This document shows positions 25,083-34,736 of a DNA stretch of 64,000 nucleotides, piece after piece (position 1 is the first letter of the stretch; each line of letters begins with the position of its first letter). This DNA is from a virus. The notes under the pieces were generated by a model. The model saw only the letters and a list, made by a program, of their open reading frames with translations. It did no database searches and had not been told where the DNA came from. The stretch lies in IMG/VR virus record IMGVR_UViG_3300048851_000098, positions 32,001 to 96,000 of that record. One strand, 5' to 3'. A program made the translations under genes and the position numbers.

Positions 25083-25771
25083 GCGTATATAACCCGTATC
25101 TCGAAGATACAGAAGAAACTTCTCGTCTCTATCAAACATATCCAGGTGGACGTAAGCTGTGCAAACATAAATCGCACATCGGTCCGCGTTGGCTTTTCTA
25201 CTCAGAGTTTGCGATTCTGAGACGGGATTACAACGGAAGAGTGCAAACCCTTCGATCATGGTGCAAGACATGTCAGCGTGTCCATGATCGTTATCAGAAG
25301 GGCATGCAGCGATACGGCCGTCCGATGACTCCTATCTATAAGAGATACATCCACGGTGATCGTAAGCTTACTGATGGCGAGCGACAAAGACGCTACATGG
25401 AAAGACTTGCTCGCACCAATCCTGAAGCAATCGAGATTCGCAAGCAGAGAAAACGCGAATACGATGCGTTCTATCGTGAGAGAATTCGTCAGCTAAACGG
25501 TATTAGACAGCGACAGAAGAAAACTGATCTCAATGAGGGGGCGGGTAGAAGATTGCCGGCGGCTCCCATGTGTGCTTGGGCGAGAGCAGTTATTGACGGT
25601 CGAAACATGTCATTCACAGAGCTTGCTAAAAGATGCGATGTGAATGAAAAGACGATTCGTAATCTCTACACCAGTAGCGTGGCATATATTTCTGAAGGTC
25701 TTGTAGATCGCATGCTCACGAGTGAAGGGTCCAGCTTGCTGCTGGAAATTTATCCCGAGCTGTACGCATGA
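25079..25771 (+). CDS. hypothetical protein with an N-terminal Cys motif and C-terminal HTH
   Basis: SWCKTC; MSFTELAKRCDVNEKTIRNL. Confidence 0.6.
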   Translation: MSVYNPYLEDTEETSRLYQTYPGGRKLCKHKSHIGPRWLFYSEFAILRRDYNGRVQTLRSWCKTCQRVHDRYQKGMQRYGRPMTPIYKRYIHGDRKLTDGERQRRYMERLARTNPEAIEIRKQRKREYDAFYRERIRQLNGIRQRQKKTDLNEGAGRRLPAAPMCAWARAVIDGRNMSFTELAKRCDVNEKTIRNLYTSSVAYISEGLVDRMLTSEGSSLLLEIYPELYA

Positions 25772-25790
25772 TTATTGCTACAGTTTGAAC

Positions 25791-26276
25791 ATGTCTGAAA
25801 GACGTAGACGGCACATCAGTCCGGAAGCACGAGAGAAACTTTCTCGGTTGGCAAAGCAGCGTCATGCCGAAGGTAAGTTCAATCTCACACCCGAGCTGTA
25901 TGAAAAGCGTCGTAGAACTTTCAGAGAGAAGAACAGACGTGAGCGAATCGCCAAGCGTGTTGCGGAAGCAGCAGCAGATGATGCAAACGCCAGAGCGATC
26001 ATCGAAGTCTTCAAGGATGCGATCCATCCGAATCAGCCTATGCAGACTCGCCTCAAGGGGGCAGAGGCGTGGGCCAAGCTCGCGATGGAGCATGCGAGAT
26101 TCGAGCTTCATCAGGAAGTGCAAGATGCAGCTCAGCACTCCCGCGAGGAACTGCTCGAAATCCTTTCAGACAAGCTGACTAACGGTCCCGCCGCTCGCGT
26201 CATCAGTGCTCAGCTTGAGCAAGAAAATATTGCCGAAGCTGAGATCGTGGAGGAGGAAGAGGATGCCGCCGCCTGA
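25791..26276 (+). CDS. putative terminase small subunit
   Basis: Directly upstream of TerL; helical; TGC-TACAGT -10 gives a leaderless start. Confidence 0.55.
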   Translation: MSERRRRHISPEAREKLSRLAKQRHAEGKFNLTPELYEKRRRTFREKNRRERIAKRVAEAAADDANARAIIEVFKDAIHPNQPMQTRLKGAEAWAKLAMEHARFELHQEVQDAAQHSREELLEILSDKLTNGPAARVISAQLEQENIAEAEIVEEEEDAAA

Positions 26277-28074
26277 CATGCTGGCGACTCTTTCTCGTCT
26301 TAGTGATGACGAGCTGCGGGAACTGCTCGACGCGCAAGAGCAGCTTGAACGCCGCCTTCAAGAGGAAGGTCCGAGAAATGATGACGAGCTGCACGAATGG
26401 TTGAAGTTCGAACTTGGCATCGACGTTCCACGGGTGGCAGTGTGCGAAGGACATTCATCGCCGTTTCAATTCCTGGCAGATCTGTACTTCGAACGGATCG
26501 AAGCAGCTCTCGGTGTAGCAAATCGTGGCGGCTCCAAGACGTTTCTCGTCGCCGTTCTGCACTGGCTCAACTCTCGTTTCAAGCCCGGCTGCGAAAGCTG
26601 TACGTTCGGCGCTATTGAGGCTCAGTCATTCCGAGCGTATTCCCACCTGAAGGGGTGGATCTTCGATGAGAGAGGAGATAAAAAGGCAGAGGTTGTTTCT
26701 TCTCTCATGCGCGAGACGATTTTCGAGAACGGATCGAGAATCGAAGTGCTCGGTTCGACCCCTGAAGCCGTCAACGGCCCTCACCCGCAGAAGGCACACG
26801 CTGACGAGATCGAACTGATGCGCGACGATACTTGGAAAGAGTCGCGCAACATGACCGTCTCCAAGAGATTGAGAAATGGTCAAGTCCTGATTCCCCAGGA
26901 CATTCTCACGAGCACGCGCAAGGGTCCGTCTGGTCGCGTGCAGATGCTCATTGACGAGATCGAGCAGGCGGTGGCCGCCGGCTATCAGCCACCACGCTCT
27001 CTCTATATTTGGTGCATCAAGGAAACAGCGTCACAGGTGAAGAACTGTCGTGTCGCACGTCCTGATCTGCCCGAGGCATTCAAGTGCCCTTGCAACAGAA
27101 TCCCGAAGGGGGAATGGGAAGACGGTAGACCGCGCACGCTCGACAGAATTTGTCAGGGAGATTTCTATCGGTCGCGTGGATGGCAGCCATATGGCGACAT
27201 TGTGAAGCACTTCCGCGAGAATGATCGCAACACATTTGAAGTGCAGCAGCTTTGTTCAAAGCCAGAAATGAGCTACCACTATGTTCCGAATTGGCGTGAT
27301 GACCGTCATCTTGTACGCAACTTTGTTCCTGATCCAGCAAATGGTCCGATCGTCCAGTCAGTCGATTGGGGAGGTACCAACCCTCACGCCGTCAACTGGT
27401 ACCAACTTTTGCGCAATGAAGTTGAAGCAGAATCATGGCTTCAGCCCGAGCATGGTCCGCCTAACACGGTGCGTCTCAGAGAAGGCACCCTTGTCTGTTT
27501 CGATGAAATCTACATTGCTGAGATCGGTAATGAAAAGTTGGCAAAGCTCGTAAAAGCCAAAGAAGATTACTGGAAGCTCAGATTCGGTCCACAATGGCAG
27601 ACGTTTGAGCGTTATGCAGACCCCCAGGGTAGAGCTGCGCGTCTCGATTGGAAGGCTGAGGGGCTTCGCACTACCTGGCATACGACTCGTGAGTTTGACG
27701 AACATATCAAGGCGATCCGCAATATGTTCGAGGATGATCTCTTTCGCTGTGCCGGCGATAGATGTCCAAAATTTGTATGGGAAGTGAAGCAGTGGCGCGC
27801 TGACGAGCGCACGGGCAGACAGCTCGACATCAACAACCACGCGATGTCGAACTTCCGCTATGCCGTAGCAAATCTGAAGCGCATCAGACGCCGCTTCGTG
27901 GGCGATCACAGACCGCGTGCGCGAGCATTCACCCGTCGATCTGTTCGAGTAAGAATTACTCGATCACACGAATCGACTCCTCCGGTAGTCTTCAACGATA
28001 AGAACGATAGATTTGCTCAGTGGCGTAAGTCTCTCGGCGGCCCTATCACCGACGACGAACGTAGATTGGTATGA
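26263..28074 (+). CDS. terminase large subunit
   Basis: ANRGGSKT, HADEIELM, LTST, nuclease SVDWGGTNP, YADP, DINNHAMSNFRY. Confidence 0.9.
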   Translation: MPPPDMLATLSRLSDDELRELLDAQEQLERRLQEEGPRNDDELHEWLKFELGIDVPRVAVCEGHSSPFQFLADLYFERIEAALGVANRGGSKTFLVAVLHWLNSRFKPGCESCTFGAIEAQSFRAYSHLKGWIFDERGDKKAEVVSSLMRETIFENGSRIEVLGSTPEAVNGPHPQKAHADEIELMRDDTWKESRNMTVSKRLRNGQVLIPQDILTSTRKGPSGRVQMLIDEIEQAVAAGYQPPRSLYIWCIKETASQVKNCRVARPDLPEAFKCPCNRIPKGEWEDGRPRTLDRICQGDFYRSRGWQPYGDIVKHFRENDRNTFEVQQLCSKPEMSYHYVPNWRDDRHLVRNFVPDPANGPIVQSVDWGGTNPHAVNWYQLLRNEVEAESWLQPEHGPPNTVRLREGTLVCFDEIYIAEIGNEKLAKLVKAKEDYWKLRFGPQWQTFERYADPQGRAARLDWKAEGLRTTWHTTREFDEHIKAIRNMFEDDLFRCAGDRCPKFVWEVKQWRADERTGRQLDINNHAMSNFRYAVANLKRIRRRFVGDHRPRARAFTRRSVRVRITRSHESTPPVVFNDKNDRFAQWRKSLGGPITDDERRLV

Positions 28075-30596
28075 GTCCACAACCACGCATTATCAGAACT
28101 AATGGTTCGAGAAATGGTGGTGCTCCCGTTGGCGAGGTAACGCCTGAAGAAGCGGCAGTTATTCGCTCTTCTGTCGGTGCGAGAGAACAAGCGCCTTCCA
28201 CGCGAGTCCAGTCGATTTTCTCGAACTGGCGCGAAGTAGCAGATCAGCTTGGCGATCCATTCGAAGTAGAAAAGATTCCTGTCTCAAAGCTTCGAGCGAT
28301 GCGCCGAGATCCGATGCTCGGCTTTGGTCTTTCGTTCACAAAGACCCCGCACGTACGGGCGAAGTGGACAATCAACGCGAAAGATAACAGAGGGCCAAAT
28401 CCTCAAGTTGCTGCGCATCTTGATCACGACTGGCGACGTATCCATGCCAGCTTCGTAATGCAATATTTGAACTGCCTTGAGTTTGGCTTTCAAGCTATTG
28501 CAAAACGTTTCGAGTTTCGCACTCCATCGGGCACATACATCGATAACACCAGCGAAAGCCCATCTGAAAGACCTATTTGGTCTGAAGGTGGTATTCAGCC
28601 AATCGCATGGAAGCCCTTCGTGGCTCTGCGACCAGAAGGCGTCGATCCGATTTGGGATAGATCTACTGGTGAGTTCTCTGGTATCGAGTACACCCCTTCT
28701 GGCGGCGGGAGAACTGGTGGAGGCGGGAGCGCCCCCGCTGGTACTGCCGCGCAGCAAACCTCCGGCGGCAGTGGCGGCACCAATAGAGAGCAGACCTACA
28801 AGATCGATCTGCCTCACTCTCTGTGGGTGACGAATGAAAAGGATGCGAACTTCGGTTCCGTCTTTGGATATCCACGTCTCGGATACGCATATCGTTATTG
28901 GTGGAGCTATTGGATGCGCTGGGCGATTGCTGATCGTGCATTCGAGCGCAAGGCTGATCCTTCTGTACTCGTGTATCACCCCGAAGGTGAGTTCCTTGAC
29001 GAGGACACAGGTCAAACTCTGACACACTCTGAGTACGCGCTTATGATTGGTGAGCGTATGCGCTCAGGTGGCGTTATCGCGATGCCTTCAGAAGTGTTTG
29101 AGAGCATCGATGGTCGCGGTACTATTCGTCAGTGGCAGATCGAGTTCACCAAAGATTCAACAAACTTCGATCCATTCGATAAGTCGTTCGAATATCTCGA
29201 TGTGCAGAAACTTCGTTCTCTGTTCATTCCTGAACAGGCATTCCTTGAAGGCAAGGGCGGCACTTCCTCTCGAAATGTTGCAGCCGAGATGGGTGATTCC
29301 TTTGTCGAATCACAGGCTGTACTCAACGCACAAATCGTAGAGACGATTAATCGTTGGATCATCCCACAATGGCTTGCGGTGAACTACCCCGAGTTTGTCA
29401 TGAATGGCGGCACTGCCGAGATCATGATGCAGGGATTCGGCGATGAAGATGTCACCTTCATGAATCAGCTCATCACGCTCATTGGTCAGCAAGAGAGCGG
29501 TATGAGAGAAATTCTGAAGATGGCTGATCTCAGAAAAATGCTCGAAGATCGCGGTGCTCCCATCGCAAACTTCGCCGAGCAGCAGCGTCGTGAGAGACAG
29601 TTGATCGAAGAGGCGCAAGCCGCTGCGGCCCCTGCTGTTGCGCCGGCACCAGGAAGACTTGGCGTGGTGCCTACCGCTACGGGATTCTCCTACGTAGCTC
29701 CGCGCGAGATCATCTACCTGTCTGAGACGGCGACGAGCTTCATCGACAATCTGCCTGACGCCCCACAGTACGAGGACAGATCAGTAAGACAGCTTGCGCG
29801 ACAGCTCTGGAATATCTATGCAGATCTGTATCGTGATGAATATCTCTCCGCTATTGACATCATTCTGAATGGTGACGATAACGTAGAAATGAGCGACTTC
29901 AAGGAACGCGCAAAGAGACTGCTCGAAAAGTGGACAGGCTCAGAACGCTGGGCAAGTGCGCTTGATAAGTCGATCTCTCTCATGACCAACCTCATGCGTC
30001 GTGCGGCCAGAATCGAGTTGACCCGAGTTGGTGAGGTCGGCGAAGTTTCTGACGAAGAGGTCGAGAGATGGTTGCGCGAGCACTTGGCTGAGATCGCTCC
30101 CAAGATCGCTGCTACTACTCGTGGCGAGGTAGAGAGCTTCCTCGCGGCCACCATGGAGTCTGGCGTTACCAATCGCGAAGAGCTTGCACAAGCTGCGCGT
30201 GAACACTTCTCTGATTTCCCACAGTGGAAAGCTGATCGCCTCGTGCGCACAGAGGTCCGCGACATCTACAACGCGGCCACCCTGCTTGCCGCAGAGGCTC
30301 ACGGAATCAGACGTGTACAGGCTGTAGACGCTCAGGTCACGGCCAACACCGACGAGGAGTGCGTCCACCGCGACGGCAGAATCTTCGCGATCAGAGATGC
30401 CTTCGAACAGCGCGAGCATCCGAACGGAACGCTCGGCTGGCGCATGGTTCCTGCTGAGTTGTCTATTGAACGCCGGGACGTTGATGGTGCAGAGTTTGAC
30501 GAGAGACTGAAGATTCTCACGCTCTCGAATGACTTGCCAGAAGAGACAGAAAACAGAATTCTCAAATCAGTGGTGGATGTGATGCTTAGTGCTTAG
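28071..30596 (+). CDS. portal protein fused to a MuF-like minor head domain
   Basis: Follows TerL; DUF935-like region; C-terminal RLVRTEVRDIYNAA...CVHRDG...HPNG. Confidence 0.8.
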   Translation: MSPQPRIIRTNGSRNGGAPVGEVTPEEAAVIRSSVGAREQAPSTRVQSIFSNWREVADQLGDPFEVEKIPVSKLRAMRRDPMLGFGLSFTKTPHVRAKWTINAKDNRGPNPQVAAHLDHDWRRIHASFVMQYLNCLEFGFQAIAKRFEFRTPSGTYIDNTSESPSERPIWSEGGIQPIAWKPFVALRPEGVDPIWDRSTGEFSGIEYTPSGGGRTGGGGSAPAGTAAQQTSGGSGGTNREQTYKIDLPHSLWVTNEKDANFGSVFGYPRLGYAYRYWWSYWMRWAIADRAFERKADPSVLVYHPEGEFLDEDTGQTLTHSEYALMIGERMRSGGVIAMPSEVFESIDGRGTIRQWQIEFTKDSTNFDPFDKSFEYLDVQKLRSLFIPEQAFLEGKGGTSSRNVAAEMGDSFVESQAVLNAQIVETINRWIIPQWLAVNYPEFVMNGGTAEIMMQGFGDEDVTFMNQLITLIGQQESGMREILKMADLRKMLEDRGAPIANFAEQQRRERQLIEEAQAAAAPAVAPAPGRLGVVPTATGFSYVAPREIIYLSETATSFIDNLPDAPQYEDRSVRQLARQLWNIYADLYRDEYLSAIDIILNGDDNVEMSDFKERAKRLLEKWTGSERWASALDKSISLMTNLMRRAARIELTRVGEVGEVSDEEVERWLREHLAEIAPKIAATTRGEVESFLAATMESGVTNREELAQAAREHFSDFPQWKADRLVRTEVRDIYNAATLLAAEAHGIRRVQAVDAQVTANTDEECVHRDGRIFAIRDAFEQREHPNGTLGWRMVPAELSIERRDVDGAEFDERLKILTLSNDLPEETENRILKSVVDVMLSA

Positions 30597-30705
30597 AAGA
30601 GGTATTCCAAGTGGCGAGATTTGTAATCAGTGTGGTGGAATGCTGATTCAGACTGGTTCATGTAGAACCTGCACACAGTGCGGATCGACTTCAGGTTGCG
30701 GGTAA
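30589..30705 (+). CDS. 38-aa stand-alone Zn ribbon resembling the class II RNR (NrdJ) C-terminus (not in the ORF track)
   Basis: MLRRGIPSGEICNQCGGMLIQTGSCRTCTQCGSTSGCG; overlaps the portal stop and is TAATG-coupled to the next gene. Confidence 0.65.
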   Translation: MLRRGIPSGEICNQCGGMLIQTGSCRTCTQCGSTSGCG

Positions 30706-31427
30706 TGAGATTCGATAGGAACGGTGTTCAACTTGCAAACGTTCCGAATGCTGGCGTATCGCGCCGTAACGCCGATACTGATTCCGGCAATGCTAATCAT
30801 GATATTCGTTCTGGTAAATTCGCTCCGGGCGGTAGACCTGATCAAAGACCTACTGCACCGGCGAATGTTGATCCGCTCGAATATCAACGAATGCTCGATG
30901 CCGTACGCGATGCAGCACGTGAGTTCGATGGCTTCGATGAAGGTGACATCAGAGAATTTGTGAGTGGTCGCGCTAACGCTCCGGATGTCGTAGATATTAG
31001 ACAATTCATGGAGATGGTGACAGAGCAGCGCAAGAGTGATCTTGTGGACATGCTCGATCAGATTCTTCGTGTATATGGCTCCGCTCCGCGAGGACGACGC
31101 AAGGTGCGTGTCTCGGCACCAAAGGGATTCATTCGCAAATCTCTCAACGGCCTTGATCCTGATGATCTTGCCAACGTAATGCACCGCTTGGAAGCTCGCG
31201 GTCATACGACTGAAGATGTCGAGAGATTTTTTGAAGGACGTACAAAAAATCTTGATAGAGCCAAAGAGAGACGAGATACTTTGACAGCTTCAGATAACTG
31301 GTGGGAAGATCCATTTGATTCTGAAGCTACAATCTCATCTGACCAACCGATTATCGTCAACGTGTTCGCTAACGATCAGGTGAACCCTGATTTGATTGCA
31401 GACGAAATTCGGTTCCGACTCAGATAG
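30705..31427 (+). CDS. hypothetical protein, possibly virion-associated
   Basis: Coupled ORF; NHDIRSGKF resembles head-associated HPR..GKF repeats. Confidence 0.6.
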   Translation: MRFDRNGVQLANVPNAGVSRRNADTDSGNANHDIRSGKFAPGGRPDQRPTAPANVDPLEYQRMLDAVRDAAREFDGFDEGDIREFVSGRANAPDVVDIRQFMEMVTEQRKSDLVDMLDQILRVYGSAPRGRRKVRVSAPKGFIRKSLNGLDPDDLANVMHRLEARGHTTEDVERFFEGRTKNLDRAKERRDTLTASDNWWEDPFDSEATISSDQPIIVNVFANDQVNPDLIADEIRFRLR

Positions 31428-31442
31428 CGCTACAATTTCAGC

Positions 31443-32090
31443 ATGGCTCTGAATGGTCGGCTGCCGGCATCGGATCTCGCGCCAATTGCCGGCGGTCAAC
31501 TCCGCAAAGACGCAGCATTGCGATGGAATGCAATGAACTACTCGCGTCGCAAGAACGGTCTTACCACCATTCTTCCCAATGGTCCGCAAAGTTCGTATCG
31601 AACTTATAACGGACAAGTGCTGATGCGTAATATGTGGTGTGGAATGGGTAAGTGCGGAAACGCTGCCATTCCAGGCACATCAAATCACGGCTGGGGGCTT
31701 GCGGTAGACGCGAATAACCCTGCTGGTGTGAGTGCATCTGGTGCTCCGTATGGCTATCAAAAGAGATGGTCAGACGCATCATGGGAACCATGGCACTTCA
31801 AGTGGGCAGGGTTCGGATCTACGGTCGGCGGTGCTCCTACAGCAATCGACCGTGTTCGCGAGAATCCGCTGCGCCTTGGAAGCAAGAGCACGGATGTTCG
31901 AGACATTCAAATCTGGCTTCGTCGCGGTGGATACATTCGCAGAAACGCCAGAATTGCAAAGAATGTTGGCACTATGGGTCCAGCAACAGTTAGTGCCGTA
32001 AAAAGATTTCAAAGGCATGTCGGATTGACTGCCGATGGAATCGTTGGACCTAAGACTTACGCCGCAATTCGGCGTCGTTGGATCAAATAA
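31443..32090 (+). CDS. endolysin: M15 (VanY-like) peptidase plus peptidoglycan-binding domain
   Basis: SSYRT, GTSNHGWGLAVD, EPWHF; AVKRFQRHVGLTADGIVGPKT. Confidence 0.9.
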   Translation: MALNGRLPASDLAPIAGGQLRKDAALRWNAMNYSRRKNGLTTILPNGPQSSYRTYNGQVLMRNMWCGMGKCGNAAIPGTSNHGWGLAVDANNPAGVSASGAPYGYQKRWSDASWEPWHFKWAGFGSTVGGAPTAIDRVRENPLRLGSKSTDVRDIQIWLRRGGYIRRNARIAKNVGTMGPATVSAVKRFQRHVGLTADGIVGPKTYAAIRRRWIK

Positions 32091-32108
32091 CCCACAGGAG
32101 GATATCTC

Positions 32109-32492
32109 GTGGACTTCGGGGACCAGATCGAAAAGGTCTTCAAGAGCTATATCGGTCGAGTTGTAGCATTTGTGCTCGCACCGCTGCTCGCTATTGCAGT
32201 TCCGCCACTCACTGTTGCCGTGAACAATGTTCTCGGAACAGGGTTCAGTGACGGTGAGATCGCAACTGTCGCTATCGCTGCTGTCGTCGGTGTGGCACTG
32301 GCAGTCTTCCAGTGGCTCCGTAACCTCGGCAATTGGGAAGCAAAGGCACAAGAGGCATACATGCTCTACAGAGCTGGTGAGCAGAATCTTGCCGCTGTTG
32401 AAGCTCAGCAGGGCATCGTTGCAAGTGAGCCTGACGTTTCTGCTGAGCCTCTTCCCAATGAGGGAATGCCCAACCGTCCTGATCGACTGTAA
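32109..32492 (+). CDS. putative holin
   Basis: Two hydrophobic helices; between two lysins. Confidence 0.65.
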   Translation: MDFGDQIEKVFKSYIGRVVAFVLAPLLAIAVPPLTVAVNNVLGTGFSDGEIATVAIAAVVGVALAVFQWLRNLGNWEAKAQEAYMLYRAGEQNLAAVEAQQGIVASEPDVSAEPLPNEGMPNRPDRL

Positions 32493-32494
32493 TC

Positions 32495-33211
32495 ATGGCC
32501 TGGCGCCCCTCCGCAGCGTTCCGATACGCCTTCAAGGAAGGGATGTCCGGGTGGGATGTGTGGGCACTTCAGATCAACCTGAAGCAGCTTGGACCTTCTA
32601 CTAGAGACATCCCTCTTGATGGGAGTTTTGGTCCTGCTACGAGACAAGCTGTACTTCTTCATCAGAAGAATAGAAATCTCGTACAGGATGGGATTGCCGG
32701 GATTGCAACGCAAACTTCGATTTGCTTGACACTCTCAAAGAAGCCCGAACAGGCAGCTAATTTGCCTATCGGGCTTCTGCGAGGTCTGATCGAAGGTGAG
32801 TCTGGATTTGCGATTGCCTGTTTCTCGCCTCATCCTTCAGACTCGGGGTTTGATCTTGGAGCTTTCCAGGACAGCATCACCCCCGGTGAAGTAGGTAACC
32901 AGCAACGTTATGCTCGCGCATTCAACGTTCCAGTGCTTGCTGTTGAAACTGCTGAGAAGATTCGTACTCAGTTTGACGAGTACGCAAAGGTAGTCAGTCA
33001 TAAGCGTGCTTGGGAATTGGCTGTGCTGTATCACAACTGGCCGTCTGCTGCACACAATCTTGCCTATATCGGACGCATCTACAAGAATCAGTCAGCAGAT
33101 GAACCACAACAGTGGATTATCTCTGCAACTGGCGGTCGTCTCCAAACAGCAAGACAATGGGTTGAAAGTTACATCGAAAAGAAGTTTATTTACGTCACAA
33201 GGTTTCCTTGA
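32495..33211 (+). CDS. peptidoglycan-binding domain plus lysozyme/SLT-like domain
   Basis: LDGSFGPAT..AVLLHQKNRNLVQDGIAG; LIEGESG, LGAFQ, AVLYHN. Confidence 0.7.
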   Translation: MAWRPSAAFRYAFKEGMSGWDVWALQINLKQLGPSTRDIPLDGSFGPATRQAVLLHQKNRNLVQDGIAGIATQTSICLTLSKKPEQAANLPIGLLRGLIEGESGFAIACFSPHPSDSGFDLGAFQDSITPGEVGNQQRYARAFNVPVLAVETAEKIRTQFDEYAKVVSHKRAWELAVLYHNWPSAAHNLAYIGRIYKNQSADEPQQWIISATGGRLQTARQWVESYIEKKFIYVTRFP

Positions 33212-33269
33212 CAGATGTGCAAAACTTCCTGTAATATTCGCGCTTAGCTTGAAAGCCAACGGGGGACAG

Positions 33270-33521
33270 ATGACTGCTATTGAATCTTATTATACCTACA
33301 TTTGCCAAGGAAAGCTTCCTGCAACCGTACCTGTAGCTAGTAAAGATGGAAAATTCATCGGCATTGCTACTACTGCTTTTGATGTCAGAACACCTGATGC
33401 TGTCGAGATGGCAATGAGTGCTGATCCGAGACAGCGCGCGCTTGCTGCCATTTACGCGATTAGTGATGCGATGGATCGTATCCATAACGAGAGTGAGACG
33501 CTTGAACCAGTAATCCGCTAG
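33270..33521 (+). CDS. small hypothetical protein
   Basis: RBS GGGGGACAG directly upstream. Confidence 0.55.
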   Translation: MTAIESYYTYICQGKLPATVPVASKDGKFIGIATTAFDVRTPDAVEMAMSADPRQRALAAIYAISDAMDRIHNESETLEPVIR

Positions 33522-33530
33522 TGTTAGCGG

Positions 33531-34022
33531 ATGCTCTCAACGCTTGTTGTAGCAACAGCAGCAGCATTTACTATCTCGGGGCCTTCGTCTTGGTACGGAG
33601 GCCCTTGTGATTCGGGGGACAACAATATCCCGAAGTACGCGCCGAGCGACTACAATCGCACCCCCGGCATTGCGATGCGCACAAGTCACACCGTGCGCCG
33701 CACATTCCTTTTGAGAGGGTCTAATAACCGCCTGGTGGTGGTCTGGCATTCAGACTACGGCCCCGCCCTCTTCACCGGGAAGCTCGTAGACGTGAACTAC
33801 ACCGCCGTCATGGGCCTGGGCTATCCCGGCCCCTGCGCTTGGTCATATCCCACGCCATCGACAGTCTGGCTCAGACCACTTGACCGTCGTGGTGCTTCCT
33901 GGTGGGCGTACAAAACCAGAACCACGCTCGATGACAAATGGATCGTTCGCAGATGGGTTCTCTACAAGTTGAACCGATCACAGCAAAAGAAAAACTTGCA
34001 GAAAGCGAAGCGAATGCGGTAA
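33531..34022 (+). CDS. secreted RlpA/DPBB-like protein
   Basis: Signal-like N-terminus; SSWYGG; DYGP...LVDVN. Confidence 0.6.
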   Translation: MLSTLVVATAAAFTISGPSSWYGGPCDSGDNNIPKYAPSDYNRTPGIAMRTSHTVRRTFLLRGSNNRLVVVWHSDYGPALFTGKLVDVNYTAVMGLGYPGPCAWSYPTPSTVWLRPLDRRGASWWAYKTRTTLDDKWIVRRWVLYKLNRSQQKKNLQKAKRMR

Positions 34023-34031
34023 CATTTTAGC

Positions 34032-34736
34032 ATGCATGCAACGCTTTGCTTTCTCTCGTACAACCGAGCAGAATTTCTCGCAAGTGCGATCACAACAGCA
34101 GTAGACAACGCAGGATATCCAGTTGAGGTAATCGTTCATGATGATGGTTCGACTGAAGGTGATGATGTCACCACGGATATGTTGCGTGAGTTTCAAGAAG
34201 ATGGATATGTCAGCACACTGATTCTCAATCGCCCTGGTCATAATGAAGGCCAGGGTGTTGCTTTGAATCGCATGTTTAGTATCGCCACTGGCGATTACAT
34301 AGTGAAGCTGGATCAAGATCTTATCTTTTTTGATAACTGGCTCAGACAAGCAGTAGATATCCTCGAAAAAGATACTGAGATCGGTTTGCTTGGTCTTTTC
34401 AGATACGAGCACGATCCTGTTGACTATCGCAAGACCGAAGTAGTTAGCGTCACGCCTCAAGACGACACCTACACATTCCACACGCACATTTGCGGATCTG
34501 GATTCGTCGTCCCACGCGGTGTGTGGGAAGAGCTTGGCCCCTTTGCTCAACGCAGCCCGGCGTTCTCAGAAGATTGGGAATTCCAGAGAGCTGTAGCTGA
34601 GGGCTGGTACAACGCCTTGCCTACGAGGGATCTCGTACAAAATCGCGGCTTCGGTATTGGTCCGAGCACCATTGTGAATCCTGGCAATAAGATCACCAAG
34701 ATTCAGACCGGCCCCTACATCATCGAGAGAAGATGA
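34032..34736 (+). CDS. glycosyltransferase family 2
   Basis: SYNR, VHDDGS, KLDQD, SEDW. Confidence 0.9.
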   Translation: MHATLCFLSYNRAEFLASAITTAVDNAGYPVEVIVHDDGSTEGDDVTTDMLREFQEDGYVSTLILNRPGHNEGQGVALNRMFSIATGDYIVKLDQDLIFFDNWLRQAVDILEKDTEIGLLGLFRYEHDPVDYRKTEVVSVTPQDDTYTFHTHICGSGFVVPRGVWEELGPFAQRSPAFSEDWEFQRAVAEGWYNALPTRDLVQNRGFGIGPSTIVNPGNKITKIQTGPYIIERR

